Virus record (IMG/VR): IMGVR_UViG_3300036760_000522
Span: 186,001 to 250,000 of that record
Direction: 5' to 3' (one strand)
Length of the DNA stretch: 64,000 nt
Positions 27,819 through 37,032 of this stretch are shown here, one piece after another. Numbering within the stretch: position 1 is the first letter of the stretch; every line of letters begins with the position of its first letter. Position numbers and translations under genes: made by a program. The notes beneath the pieces were generated by a model, which ran no database searches, was not told the origin of the DNA, and was given only the letters and a program-made list of their open reading frames with translations.

Positions 27819-27901
27819 AGATTTCTCCTAGCTGGGGTGGATTCGTCCCAGAAGGTGCTGGGCCACGATTCATTCCATCTGAGGCGCTAGTCTGATTTGG
27901 A

Positions 27902-29071
27902 CTAACGAAAAGCGTGACTCACGTCGGGTGGGGCGTCCCACAGACCTGCGAGGTTGTCAGATCCCGTCGCCGGGAGGTCTGATCCTGGAGTGCCGCCTAT
28001 ACGGCTCACACCCGGAGGTTTTGTTCCAAGTGTGCGACTTGCGGTCTTGACCCTGGTACCCGGATCATCAGCACTGGCAGTGATGCCAAAAGCTGCTTGA
28101 GCATTCTGGGCTTCAGGTGCTGAAGCGAAGATCTGTTGCAGATCAGGGTCCACTGCCACGTCATCGACCATCATCGACGGGCCCATGTCCTGAAAGAAGC
28201 CCATGTCATCATTGGCCATCTGCGGCTGTTGTTGAACGGGTTGCTGCTGCTGCTGAGCTTGCTGCTGCGGAGGCTGTTGTTGCAGCTGCTGCACAGCTTG
28301 TTGCACCATATCTTGGAGCTGAGCTTCTAGCTGCTGCTGTGACTGTACCTGCTGTTGCTGGACTTGTTGCTGAGCCAATTGCTGCACCATCTGGTTAGCA
28401 GTGACTGTGTCCCCCTGCTGCATGGCTGCGATCGCTTTTGCAGCAAGCTTCGCACGAGCTTCCTTCTGCTGTTCCTTATCATCATCTTGCTGCTGATCCT
28501 GAGCTTGCTTGCTCTTGTCTTTGTCAGCGTCGTCTTGCTGCTGCTGATCCTGAGCTTGCTTGCTCTTGTCTTTGTCAGCGTCGTCTTGCTGCTGCTGCTG
28601 CTGATCCTGAGCTTGCTTGCTCTTGTCTTTGTCAGCGTCGTCTTGCTGCTCGTCATCAGAGGCGAGACGTCGAACGGTATCGATCAAAACGCTATCGGGT
28701 AGGTGCATGAACCCGAGGGCCTGATCCTCCAAGAGTTGTGTCGAAGCGTTCTTGAGGAGATGCTTGGAAAGCTGGAGGCAGACCTCAGCTTTCTTCTCGA
28801 GCTTCTCGTCGTCTTCTTGCTCTTCGGCGGCGGTCTTGAAAGTGTCAGGCCTGAACGCAGGCATCCCGATCTCGTTTACACGAGTGTAGCCAGTAGAGTC
28901 GTACTCGTCCTTCCACCGACTCGGTGATACATCTTCTGCAAAGTCTGAAGGCGTACCGGTCACGTATGCGTCGGCAGCGGGTTGGGCCTGCAAATTCTCA
29001 GGCCGCATCGAATCAGGATCAGCCGCCAACTTGGCAATTCTCTCGCGGTCCCATGTAGATCGTTCACGCAT
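27902..29071 (-). CDS. Scaffolding/core protein with polyQ and acidic repeats
   Basis: Position between protease and capsid genes; low complexity; many (K/R)xA motifs. Confidence 0.75.
   Translation of the reverse strand: MRERSTWDRERIAKLAADPDSMRPENLQAQPAADAYVTGTPSDFAEDVSPSRWKDEYDSTGYTRVNEIGMPAFRPDTFKTAAEEQEDDEKLEKKAEVCLQLSKHLLKNASTQLLEDQALGFMHLPDSVLIDTVRRLASDDEQQDDADKDKSKQAQDQQQQQQDDADKDKSKQAQDQQQQDDADKDKSKQAQDQQQDDDKEQQKEARAKLAAKAIAAMQQGDTVTANQMVQQLAQQQVQQQQVQSQQQLEAQLQDMVQQAVQQLQQQPPQQQAQQQQQPVQQQPQMANDDMGFFQDMGPSMMVDDVAVDPDLQQIFASAPEAQNAQAAFGITASADDPGTRVKTASRTLGTKPPGVSRIGGTPGSDLPATGSDNLAGLWDAPPDVSHAFR
28485..28650 (-). repeat. Three tandem copies of DDADKDKSKQAQD(Q)n with n = 6, 4, 3
   Basis: Near-identical DNA units differing in CAG number. 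Confidence 0.92.
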
Positions 29072-29147
29072 AACTAAACTTCTCCGTCCGTTTTCGTCCC
29101 CGCAGAAAACTTGGTCACCTTCACCCAGATCACCGATAAAAAAGGAA

Positions 29148-30566
29148 TCACGTAGTTCCTAGGTCAAAGAGCTGACCTTTCTCGATCAAAGCTTTTTGCT
29201 CCGCCGCTGTGAGCACATGACCCAAAACCCTCTGACAAACCGCTAAAAATGCGGTATTTCCGCCATGTCGACGTGGACCTCCCACCTCAAGAACGGTTCG
29301 GTAAACCCGATCAGTCCCCGCCTGCTTGATTCGACCCATTTGGTCCAAAACCCTAGATATTACAAGTACTTCCGCTCCTGACAAAGATTTGTTGTTCGCA
29401 ACACGACGCCAACCACCAAGTCGATGCAAGACAAAACCTGTCAAGATTCGTTGCACACAGTCCGGATTCCGTATTCGAGCAGACAAGTAGCGCTCGACTG
29501 ATCTGAACTCGGGGATCTTAGAAGCTTCGTGTGTGAGGCCTCCATTCGTGTCATCTCGCAGAGTTGAACGAGGTGGAACAGGCCCGTTCAAGTCACTTCG
29601 AACCTTCTCCAAAGCCTTCTGCCGAATCAATTTAGCGACCTCATCAACAGCGGTATCAATATCGCTCGGGGAGCCAGAAGGCGTCACCTCGTTTGACGGA
29701 TCAACGAAGGGGTTCTGATCTTGTGCTGCTTTAAGCGAAGCACCAAGAGTCGCCGTTGGTGGACGTAAAGGCAAAACTTGGTTGAGCTGTGATGCGGCAG
29801 CTTCGCCTGGAAAAAGGTTACGAACAACTGCACCCTTGAATGCCGGATTCGCAACCCAAGATGCCTCGATGAATTTTACGCTGTCATTTTCTGAGGCGTT
29901 GCCACACAACTCTGCCACTTTGTGTGTCTTCCCAAAAGCGTCTTTGAACGTGTTTCCCTTCGCGTATTTTATGTGGCTGCAAAGCTCTGTGTCGTCAGTG
30001 GCCACGTTTCCGCAGAACGAACACTGGCTGTAGAGAATTGAACAACCCATGCTGAGAGAATTGATCTTCCCTGACTCGATCCCAGCAATCAAAGCTCGGT
30101 GCTTCCGATCAGTCGCCACCAAAATGTCAATGTAGACACTCGGGCCCGTGTCCCGGGCCACAGCGTCAATGATCCGTCCCTTGGAGAGCTCCTTGACCTG
30201 TAGGTGCTCCATGAAATTGTTGGCACCAATGAACGTACGATACGTTGCCAACAACAACGGACGGGACCACGCGTCGTTGTTGTTATTTATAAAACGAGAC
30301 GTCTCCGACGTGATGTAGTAATCAAGGAAACGCCGGTTGACTTCAAAGCTGCCTTGTAAGTGACGACCCAGTGGACCTGGACCATTTTCGGTATCCACTG
30401 ACGCCATGATCGTGGCGTGACTCAACAAGTACTGTGCCGGATCGTATTTCTGTAACACAGTGCTCTGTGTAGCAACCTTGCGCCCAGCGGTGACATGACG
30501 CTGCCAAGCATCAACTGAAGCCAAAGGCTCCGCGACTACTGCGTTGGCGTACTTAAGAAAGGCCAT
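29148..30566 (-). CDS. Prohead (maturation) protease with zinc-finger insertion
   Basis: NNNDAW, FMEH...SKGRIIDA, SLSMGC...CSFCG...CSH, FIEASWVANPAF. Confidence 0.8.
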   Translation of the reverse strand: MAFLKYANAVVAEPLASVDAWQRHVTAGRKVATQSTVLQKYDPAQYLLSHATIMASVDTENGPGPLGRHLQGSFEVNRRFLDYYITSETSRFINNNNDAWSRPLLLATYRTFIGANNFMEHLQVKELSKGRIIDAVARDTGPSVYIDILVATDRKHRALIAGIESGKINSLSMGCSILYSQCSFCGNVATDDTELCSHIKYAKGNTFKDAFGKTHKVAELCGNASENDSVKFIEASWVANPAFKGAVVRNLFPGEAAASQLNQVLPLRPPTATLGASLKAAQDQNPFVDPSNEVTPSGSPSDIDTAVDEVAKLIRQKALEKVRSDLNGPVPPRSTLRDDTNGGLTHEASKIPEFRSVERYLSARIRNPDCVQRILTGFVLHRLGGWRRVANNKSLSGAEVLVISRVLDQMGRIKQAGTDRVYRTVLEVGGPRRHGGNTAFLAVCQRVLGHVLTAAEQKALIEKGQLFDLGTT

Positions 30567-30750
30567 TTCTTTCCTGTTGCGTCACATGGCCGTCGACAGG
30601 GCACTTGTACATGTCTCGAGCCACACAAAACATCTCCGCACCGCACTCTGGACAAATCACGCGAAGCGTCGGACGAAGCACTGCACCTGTCTGCCCACCG
30701 GGGTAGACAGGTTTGACTTCAACGACATCTCCATACTTCACGAACGGCAC
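30553..30750 (-). CDS. Small zinc-ribbon protein
   Basis: CPECG...CPVDGH; starts PFVKYG, like the AFLKYA start of the protease. Confidence 0.65.
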   Translation of the reverse strand: MPFVKYGDVVEVKPVYPGGQTGAVLRPTLRVICPECGAEMFCVARDMYKCPVDGHVTQQERNGLS

Positions 30751-30752
30751 AA

Positions 30753-31013
30753 TCAGCCTTCCAGCAATTTGATTGTCGAACGAAGTGTTTGACCGTGGCC
30801 GCTTACCAACAGCGTTTCGCAGAGATACCGAGCCGCAACGTGCCCCTTGAAGCTGTCGAGAAAGGTCTTCAAACGTTGCTTGTCATCAGTCTTGAGGATC
30901 TGTTGCAAGTCATTGAGAACCTCTGGACGGATACTGCCTGCGGTTACACACTCCTGATAGGCGTGTGCCGCTTGTAACAAGGCTTGTTTGTTCGTCATCA
31001 CACCAATCACCAC
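30753..31013 (-). CDS. Hypothetical protein
   Basis: Fills the gap; start uncertain. Confidence 0.6.
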   Translation of the reverse strand: MVIGVMTNKQALLQAAHAYQECVTAGSIRPEVLNDLQQILKTDDKQRLKTFLDSFKGHVAARYLCETLLVSGHGQTLRSTIKLLEG

Positions 31014-31669
31014 CCAACAGGGGCGCCTTCCGGTCCCAAAATATCAGCTTGTCGAATCAAGTAGAGGTCTCGGGGACAAGCGAACAGTTTGACCTTCTGT
31101 CCTTTGCTCATCTTGTACGTGGTACGTCGCATGCTCGTCCCACACCTCGGACAATTCGGGCGGCCAATCTCAACTTCCGAACGTGTTGCACGATGTTGTC
31201 GATTCTGTGAAAACCAATACGTGGCTTGCTTGTCAGCAAGACCGGACCAGTAGAGGGACTCCGCAAGAGCCGCAAATCTGTAGAACTTCGCAGTTTCCTG
31301 TCGTATGGTTCTGTCCCCAATTTCAGACCCGTACCGCCTCCATTGATCATCGTAAGAGGCAACTTCAGACAGACCTGCATGAAACGATCTGGCCAGCTCG
31401 CGGTAGAACTCCGGGTTCTCGACCAACCACCAAACTGCGGCTGACTTCGTGCCGAACCCATTCACCGAAGACGGAAGACACACCGCGAACGTGATTCCTA
31501 CCTTAGCTAGAGACTCCTCCGTCGACTGTTGGTCGAATGGCCACGCAACCTTGATGTTAGGAGAGACCTCTACGATTCGCCCAACGTAGGGCGACAAACC
31601 GTGCGACCCGAACTTCTGAACCAAGTCACCGGGGCCGAACGAGCGATCGTAGTCCCAGTAGTTGGACAT
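31007..31669 (-). CDS. Hypothetical head-module protein with C-terminal zinc ribbon
   Basis: CPRCG...ACPRD. Confidence 0.75.
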   Translation of the reverse strand: MSNYWDYDRSFGPGDLVQKFGSHGLSPYVGRIVEVSPNIKVAWPFDQQSTEESLAKVGITFAVCLPSSVNGFGTKSAAVWWLVENPEFYRELARSFHAGLSEVASYDDQWRRYGSEIGDRTIRQETAKFYRFAALAESLYWSGLADKQATYWFSQNRQHRATRSEVEIGRPNCPRCGTSMRRTTYKMSKGQKVKLFACPRDLYLIRQADILGPEGAPVGW

Positions 31670-31674
31670 TCATT

Positions 31675-32610
31675 TCACGGTGCGAGAGCGCGCCCTGTAG
31701 ATGACTTGCCGTCCTGAACCGCCTGTGTTTGGTCGTCAGCGTAAGCCGCCATGTAGGGCTCATCAGCGTCGGTCTGTATGGGCCTCGAAGGAGAATTGAA
31801 CGTCGACATGTACGACTCGTCGGAATCGCTCTTCAAAACCTTGGCGTTCTTCAGGGTCTCAACTTGACGTTTAGCCAACGAGCCCTGTCCGTACATACCG
31901 GCTTCGACACGATCCGCGATCTTGTCCAAATGGTTGACAAGCCCCTTGGCTGTGTCAAACGGCATGCCCCAAGACGCGTGTCGCTCCTGAATTGTGTTTG
32001 CAGCTGTATCGAGGTTGCTCAAAACCGTATCGACTGCTGTCTTCTGTTCTTTCGTCATAACTGTTCCTCTCGTACTTGACTGAATTGTCAAAAGAGTATT
32101 CCCAACCCCTGGCTCAGACCGACCAGATAACTTGGCAAGCAAGCGGTTGTAGACCATGGGATCCAGGTCCGTGGTGGTCGTAGGCCCGGCACCGCGTATC
32201 GCCAGATCCAAAGCTGCTCGATACTTGGTCTCAGGATCCATCAGACGCAGAAGCTCAGAATTCAAGCGTTCACGAGCAAGCCTAAGTATCAAGCTCTCAT
32301 CGTGGTCACGACGTTGCGTCCACATAGCTCCGGCCGGAGGCTTGTGATCCTTGGGATCGACGCCGTGGTAAACAGCTTCAACCAACTTCGACATCGATTT
32401 TCGGAAATCATAAGAAGATCCGCCAATCGATTTGTAGTTCTTGCTACGGTCCGGATCGTTGTCTGTATCTGGGTCCCGCTCGGGTTCAGGATCGACTTGG
32501 TTGCGCTGCCTGTCGTGCCGTGGAGGCTTGGATCGAGGGGACTCCCTGACCAGACGAGTCTCTTCGTCCTCTTCACGCTCACCGACAGTTTTAGTCGCCC
32601 ACAACTCCAC
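31675..32610 (-). CDS. Hypothetical head-module protein
   Basis: 311-aa ORF; twin C-terminal motifs SDSDESYM and TDADEPYM. Confidence 0.75.
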   Translation of the reverse strand: MELWATKTVGEREEDEETRLVRESPRSKPPRHDRQRNQVDPEPERDPDTDNDPDRSKNYKSIGGSSYDFRKSMSKLVEAVYHGVDPKDHKPPAGAMWTQRRDHDESLILRLARERLNSELLRLMDPETKYRAALDLAIRGAGPTTTTDLDPMVYNRLLAKLSGRSEPGVGNTLLTIQSSTRGTVMTKEQKTAVDTVLSNLDTAANTIQERHASWGMPFDTAKGLVNHLDKIADRVEAGMYGQGSLAKRQVETLKNAKVLKSDSDESYMSTFNSPSRPIQTDADEPYMAAYADDQTQAVQDGKSSTGRALAP

Positions 32611-32641
32611 AAAAGAGACGGGCGAACAAACAGTTCACTGG

Positions 32642-33727
32642 CTACGCAGAGCGTGGCGCCAGCTGTTCGTGCAGGTATCCCGCGGGACCTTGCTGCCTCA
32701 GGTTCGTCGGATCAGGCACAAGACCCCACTTAGGCGGGTACCACTGAGGTATCGGAAATGGCTTAGGGCGGTAGCGCTTCTTGATCCTGACGCGCTTGAG
32801 CATCCCTTTGAAAGCGGAATGTGAAGCCCGGGAGTACTTACCGATCTCGCAGAACAAGTTCTGACAATCGATCAGTTTCAGGGGACGTCCCCACAAGCCC
32901 TTCCAGAGTAGTCCTCGAGAGTGGAACTCCTCTTCGGCTCTATCACAGACAACCTTGATGACGTCTGCTTCCGACAAGTCGCCGATATCCGTGAAGCACT
33001 TCCGGATCCCGTCTTTGGCACCAAGACCTGCAACGACGTAGTCGTTCTCCGAAAAATTACAGATCGGGCTATAGTTGATATCGACTGCCAACTGAAAAGC
33101 GAGGAACGGACCAAACGACGGGATCGCATGAATCCTGTGGTAAAGGGTCTCGTACGTGTCAGCCGTGTACACAAGCATCGGCAGCTCACCCAACATCGAC
33201 TGCTCCAACAGGCGTAAATGTGCGTGGTGCTTGCTCCTCAAGTTGTCAATGTTTGGACACGGGAGTACGTAAGCGCTGTTGTAGATGGCCTCTCCATAGA
33301 CCTTCAACAGGTCCAGCGACCTTGCGTACAATGCGTATGAGAAGGTTTTCCACGTCAACTCGCCATGTTGTGAAGTCAACCATTCCCAAGTCTCGATCTT
33401 GTTGAACATACGAAAAAGCATGATCCGGAAAAGGATTTCCTCAGGCGATTGGATCCCTTCGTAGATCACGTGGCGAACCAGGTACTGGCTCACACGATCC
33501 GACACCCGGTACACATTCGTGAAACGGTACCCGTTGAGAATCGGATTCGTAGTCCACGGAGGATCCTCTCCGTGGAATCGACGATAGAAAACGTCCTGAC
33601 GAGCGTACGCGAAAGACCAATACAGGTCGTAAATGTCTGTTACAACGAGATGTCGGTTACCAGAGATACGTATGGCCCTCTTGGCCATCGACTTCGGCGC
33701 TAAGATCTTACCCAACTTACCTGTCAC
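32642..33727 (-). CDS. aGPT-PPase1 / 5-hmdU DNA kinase helical-domain family protein (thymidine hypermodification)
   Basis: YWSFAYARQDVF...PPWTTNPIL...RFTNVYRVSDRVSQYL, LFRMFNKIETW, GPFLAFQLAVD, DCQNLFCEIGKY. Confidence 0.8.
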   Translation of the reverse strand: MTGKLGKILAPKSMAKRAIRISGNRHLVVTDIYDLYWSFAYARQDVFYRRFHGEDPPWTTNPILNGYRFTNVYRVSDRVSQYLVRHVIYEGIQSPEEILFRIMLFRMFNKIETWEWLTSQHGELTWKTFSYALYARSLDLLKVYGEAIYNSAYVLPCPNIDNLRSKHHAHLRLLEQSMLGELPMLVYTADTYETLYHRIHAIPSFGPFLAFQLAVDINYSPICNFSENDYVVAGLGAKDGIRKCFTDIGDLSEADVIKVVCDRAEEEFHSRGLLWKGLWGRPLKLIDCQNLFCEIGKYSRASHSAFKGMLKRVRIKKRYRPKPFPIPQWYPPKWGLVPDPTNLRQQGPAGYLHEQLAPRSA

Positions 33728-35565
33728 CCGAACCGACCTTCTTCCTGTTGTTGGGCTTCATCTTTGTGATTCATCTCGAGCTTCAGGTACTTGGAAATAC
33801 GTTCCAAGACATCCGTCTTGTCAACCAAGAGACGCCCCACCTCGTTGTAGAGCGAGCGCAAAACCTCATTGAATATAGCGTCGTTGACAGTGAAAAGGTC
33901 ACGTTCGATTTTGGACTTTGTATCACTCGGGTCGATATTCAACGTCTCAAGAATGAGGTCGATTGAGATCGATCCCTTCGAGTACAGATTGTACAGATCG
34001 TTGAATGTATCTTGGCTGTCTCTCAGCGGCAAGCGTGTGAAAGACAGCTTCGGATGCAACACGACTTCCTGTCCCCACTCGTCCTCCTCGATGAACCCCA
34101 TACGTCTTGCTATCGGGCGGAAAAGGTACTCCTCGACGTACTCCTGCAAGATCTCCCGAAGATGCAAGTAACGTTGATTGATGACCTCAAGCTTGAGACG
34201 GTCACCGGAGTACAAAGACTCCCCAGACATCAAACTTTCCGTCACGCCGAGACCTGCCAAGATTCTACGTTGGACTTGCTCATACTCCGCTGACAAATCC
34301 AGGAGACGATCTCGGGCCCCCATCTCCTCCCAGTGAACTTCATAGTTGGCGACAATCGAGTAGTCAGGATCGACAAGCGCCAGATCCACCTGCTCACGCA
34401 ACGCGTCAGTATCGATATCGCTCAACCCTTCGGCCCACACGATGCGCTTAGGAGTCATTGCCCGAGACGCGATGGACGTCTGAGCCTGCCGAAGTTTATC
34501 AACGTAGATCAGCGACCTAAGGCATCTCCCCAATATAGGTTGACCTATACTGATGTCAGCGTCTTTGCTGCCTGTCAAAATGTAACCGAACGATCCTGCG
34601 TCTGGATCGGTACCAAGGGGTATTGTCTTGCCTGCTTCGAGACATGTGCGAACTTCATTCGGAATCTGTTCGACCAATTTTTTCGCGTCTACATCTCCGG
34701 TTTTCGCACGCTCAATCATTTGACGGTCGCGCTCAGACGGAATCAACTCAATGAGAGGACGGTCACTGTAGCTGAACGTGGTGATTTTTACTTTATCAAT
34801 AGGTATTACTATCAGTCGATCCCACCCTGCATAGTGTTTCTTGTAGTAAGCTGATTCGGCCGCGTCCGTCTCGGGGGTGTCTTCCCAAATTGTCTTGTCT
34901 TGATCGACTGTAGTTCCGTCCTCACGCAAGACGGCTTCCTTGATCGTCTTCTTCGTGCGACCCAAGTCTTCCGGGACTTCAACTGAAGAGTCCTCCGCAA
35001 AAATGCACGTGACGCCGTCGAGCCAGTAATGATGTACGATCGTGATCAGTCGTTGGAACAACTTGATCTTCTTACACATCCGCTCGAAGCGAGACAGAAT
35101 GTACTTTCCGTAATTCTCCGGTGAGCTGAAACCCTCTGGTGCTCTGAGCGGTTTCGGGGCAGTCAGTCGAACTTTCGAGAGAGGAAGCTCTGTGTGGATG
35201 TCAATGGCTTGTCCGACGATCTCATCCGAGTTGTAGAAGTGCCGGAAAATCTCTCGTCGCTCACGAACGCTTTGCGGCAGCTCGAGAAAGTCCGTGGATA
35301 GCTGGGGGCTGTAGAAATTGCTCTGGGAGCTTTGCATGGTCCCACCAGCAGCACCCAAACCAATCCCCGTCCCGCCTCCAAGGCCCATGCTGCTGAGTCC
35401 GAACCCACCCAAAGCACCACTCGACTGAACACGACGAGCAAGACGCTCCTTGAACGTCAGCTGGCTACTGTACGCCCCAGACACGTAAGGCTTGGTTAAT
35501 CTGCGCGGATCTGGAACCTGAATCGCAGCGGAATACCGTCCCGGAAAATTTGAGTAAGCCATCAA
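33724..35565 (-). CDS. Portal protein
   Basis: FYNSDEIVGQAIDIHTELP, ILGRCLRSL, ILAGLGVTESLMSGE, IARRMGF; lies between terminase and head genes. Confidence 0.8.
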   Translation of the reverse strand: MMAYSNFPGRYSAAIQVPDPRRLTKPYVSGAYSSQLTFKERLARRVQSSGALGGFGLSSMGLGGGTGIGLGAAGGTMQSSQSNFYSPQLSTDFLELPQSVRERREIFRHFYNSDEIVGQAIDIHTELPLSKVRLTAPKPLRAPEGFSSPENYGKYILSRFERMCKKIKLFQRLITIVHHYWLDGVTCIFAEDSSVEVPEDLGRTKKTIKEAVLREDGTTVDQDKTIWEDTPETDAAESAYYKKHYAGWDRLIVIPIDKVKITTFSYSDRPLIELIPSERDRQMIERAKTGDVDAKKLVEQIPNEVRTCLEAGKTIPLGTDPDAGSFGYILTGSKDADISIGQPILGRCLRSLIYVDKLRQAQTSIASRAMTPKRIVWAEGLSDIDTDALREQVDLALVDPDYSIVANYEVHWEEMGARDRLLDLSAEYEQVQRRILAGLGVTESLMSGESLYSGDRLKLEVINQRYLHLREILQEYVEEYLFRPIARRMGFIEEDEWGQEVVLHPKLSFTRLPLRDSQDTFNDLYNLYSKGSISIDLILETLNIDPSDTKSKIERDLFTVNDAIFNEVLRSLYNEVGRLLVDKTDVLERISKYLKLEMNHKDEAQQQEEGRFG

Positions 35566-35984
35566 GCTTCGATTTCACCGAACAAGTCGTCTAAGGTGTC
35601 AGGCGTGGAAACAGGAGCCAAGCGGCGTGTGGGTTTCTGTTGCTTCTCTCTAGACTGCTGCTCTTTTCGCACACGGTCCTCTTCAGCCTCTGCCCTAGCG
35701 CGTTCTACAATTCTCTCCACCACACTGGTTCGACGAAGACCTTGAGCGACTGCCCCGGCAAACCTCAGGTAAGCGTTGGCAAAAATAAGGTATCCAGACG
35801 CCACAGACGATGAGGGAGACGATCTACGTGCCGTCTCCCGCAAATTCACCGACGATTGGTACACGTCGCGAGTCACACGCTCCAAATCCGCCACCAAACC
35901 CTTGTGGGTATCGTGCATCGAAAGCAACTCCCGATCAGAGTCAACTTCGGCATTGGGCGCGGTAGGTGTGGGCACGGTCGGCAT
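35562..35984 (-). CDS. Hypothetical helical protein
   Basis: 140-aa ORF. Confidence 0.7.
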   Translation of the reverse strand: MPTVPTPTAPNAEVDSDRELLSMHDTHKGLVADLERVTRDVYQSSVNLRETARRSSPSSSVASGYLIFANAYLRFAGAVAQGLRRTSVVERIVERARAEAEEDRVRKEQQSREKQQKPTRRLAPVSTPDTLDDLFGEIEA

Positions 35985-35986
35985 AG

Positions 35987-36505
35987 CTAGATAGACACCT
36001 GTATCCCGAGAAACTCACTGTTCACAGATTTTGGCAATTGTGCAACATGTCCAACCACCGCTGCCGGGGCAAATAAGCTGCCTGACAGTGTCAATTCGTC
36101 TTCAGGTGTCCAGAAACCACGACTTGAAAAATACAAGAGTTGGTTGACTGTGTAGATCAACAGAACCAACGGACCGCCACCAATGCGTGAGGCGTAGGTG
36201 TAGCGCTCGTAAGTAGACGTAGAAATAAGACACCCACCAAAAAGCATGGTTGCGTATCGATAGACAAGCTGTTGGCGAGTCGTCGAAGCAAAGTCGTCCC
36301 CTGGTTCATCTGATCCCCAGATCAAAAACCCACAAGCTCGCCCGTCAGAATAGTCCACCGTCCGATCATCAATCGGCACATCGGCCCAACGAATCCCTTG
36401 GCCCCCAGGCCATCCTCCAACAACCATGGTTGGCTGAATGGTAACGGTCGTCGAGTCTTCCTTGTAGAAGACGACACAATCCCGTGTACGAAGCGTGTCC
36501 AACAT
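35987..36505 (-). CDS. Decoration-protein paralog 3 (172 aa)
   Basis: Start reassigned to ATG 36505 (MLDTLRTRDCVVF) to match the paralogs. Confidence 0.8.
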   Translation of the reverse strand: MLDTLRTRDCVVFYKEDSTTVTIQPTMVVGGWPGGQGIRWADVPIDDRTVDYSDGRACGFLIWGSDEPGDDFASTTRQQLVYRYATMLFGGCLISTSTYERYTYASRIGGGPLVLLIYTVNQLLYFSSRGFWTPEDELTLSGSLFAPAAVVGHVAQLPKSVNSEFLGIQVSI

Positions 36506-36510
36506 GAAGA

Positions 36511-37032
36511 TCACATAATCGTTTGAAGGGTCAAATAGTTGGCCGTAATGACGGTTGGTGCTTGAACAACAAGGCCTGTGTAGTTTGTGTTTGGAGCTCG
36601 AGGGTCGGCTGACAAGGTCCACTCGTCTTCCACTGTCCAAAAACCACGAAGAGAGAAACGCAGCTTTGAACCTTCCACGTAGACCAAGGGGACCAAAGGG
36701 CCGCCCCCTGTACGAGAGGTGTAAGTGTACTGCTCAAAAGTTGTCGTAGCGATCAGCCAACTGCCAATGCACAAAATGACAGCGCCGTATCTAACCTGGT
36801 TGCCGACAAGCGAGATGTACTGATCCGAGGATTCATCTGATCCCCAGAGGGCAAAACCTCCGAACGAACCGTCTGAGTACGTCGTAAGAAATTCGTCTTG
36901 CGGAGAATCCTGCCACTGAAATCCTTGACCACCAGGCCATCCTCCAACCTGAGCCACAGGCGTGATCGCAACTGGATAGGCGTCGCTTCGGTGGAAAACG
37001 ACACAATCCCGAGTCCTGAAAAGTTCGGCCAT
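36511..37032 (-). CDS. Decoration-protein paralog 2 (173 aa)
   Basis: RTRDCVVF, GGWPGGQG, GFALWGSDE, SLRGFWTVEDE. Confidence 0.85.
   Translation of the reverse strand: MAELFRTRDCVVFHRSDAYPVAITPVAQVGGWPGGQGFQWQDSPQDEFLTTYSDGSFGGFALWGSDESSDQYISLVGNQVRYGAVILCIGSWLIATTTFEQYTYTSRTGGGPLVPLVYVEGSKLRFSLRGFWTVEDEWTLSADPRAPNTNYTGLVVQAPTVITANYLTLQTIM

Noticed and set aside
28355-28702. Leu-rich, membrane-like plus-strand ORF
   Set aside because: It is the reverse complement of the CAG/polyQ repeats in the scaffold gene.
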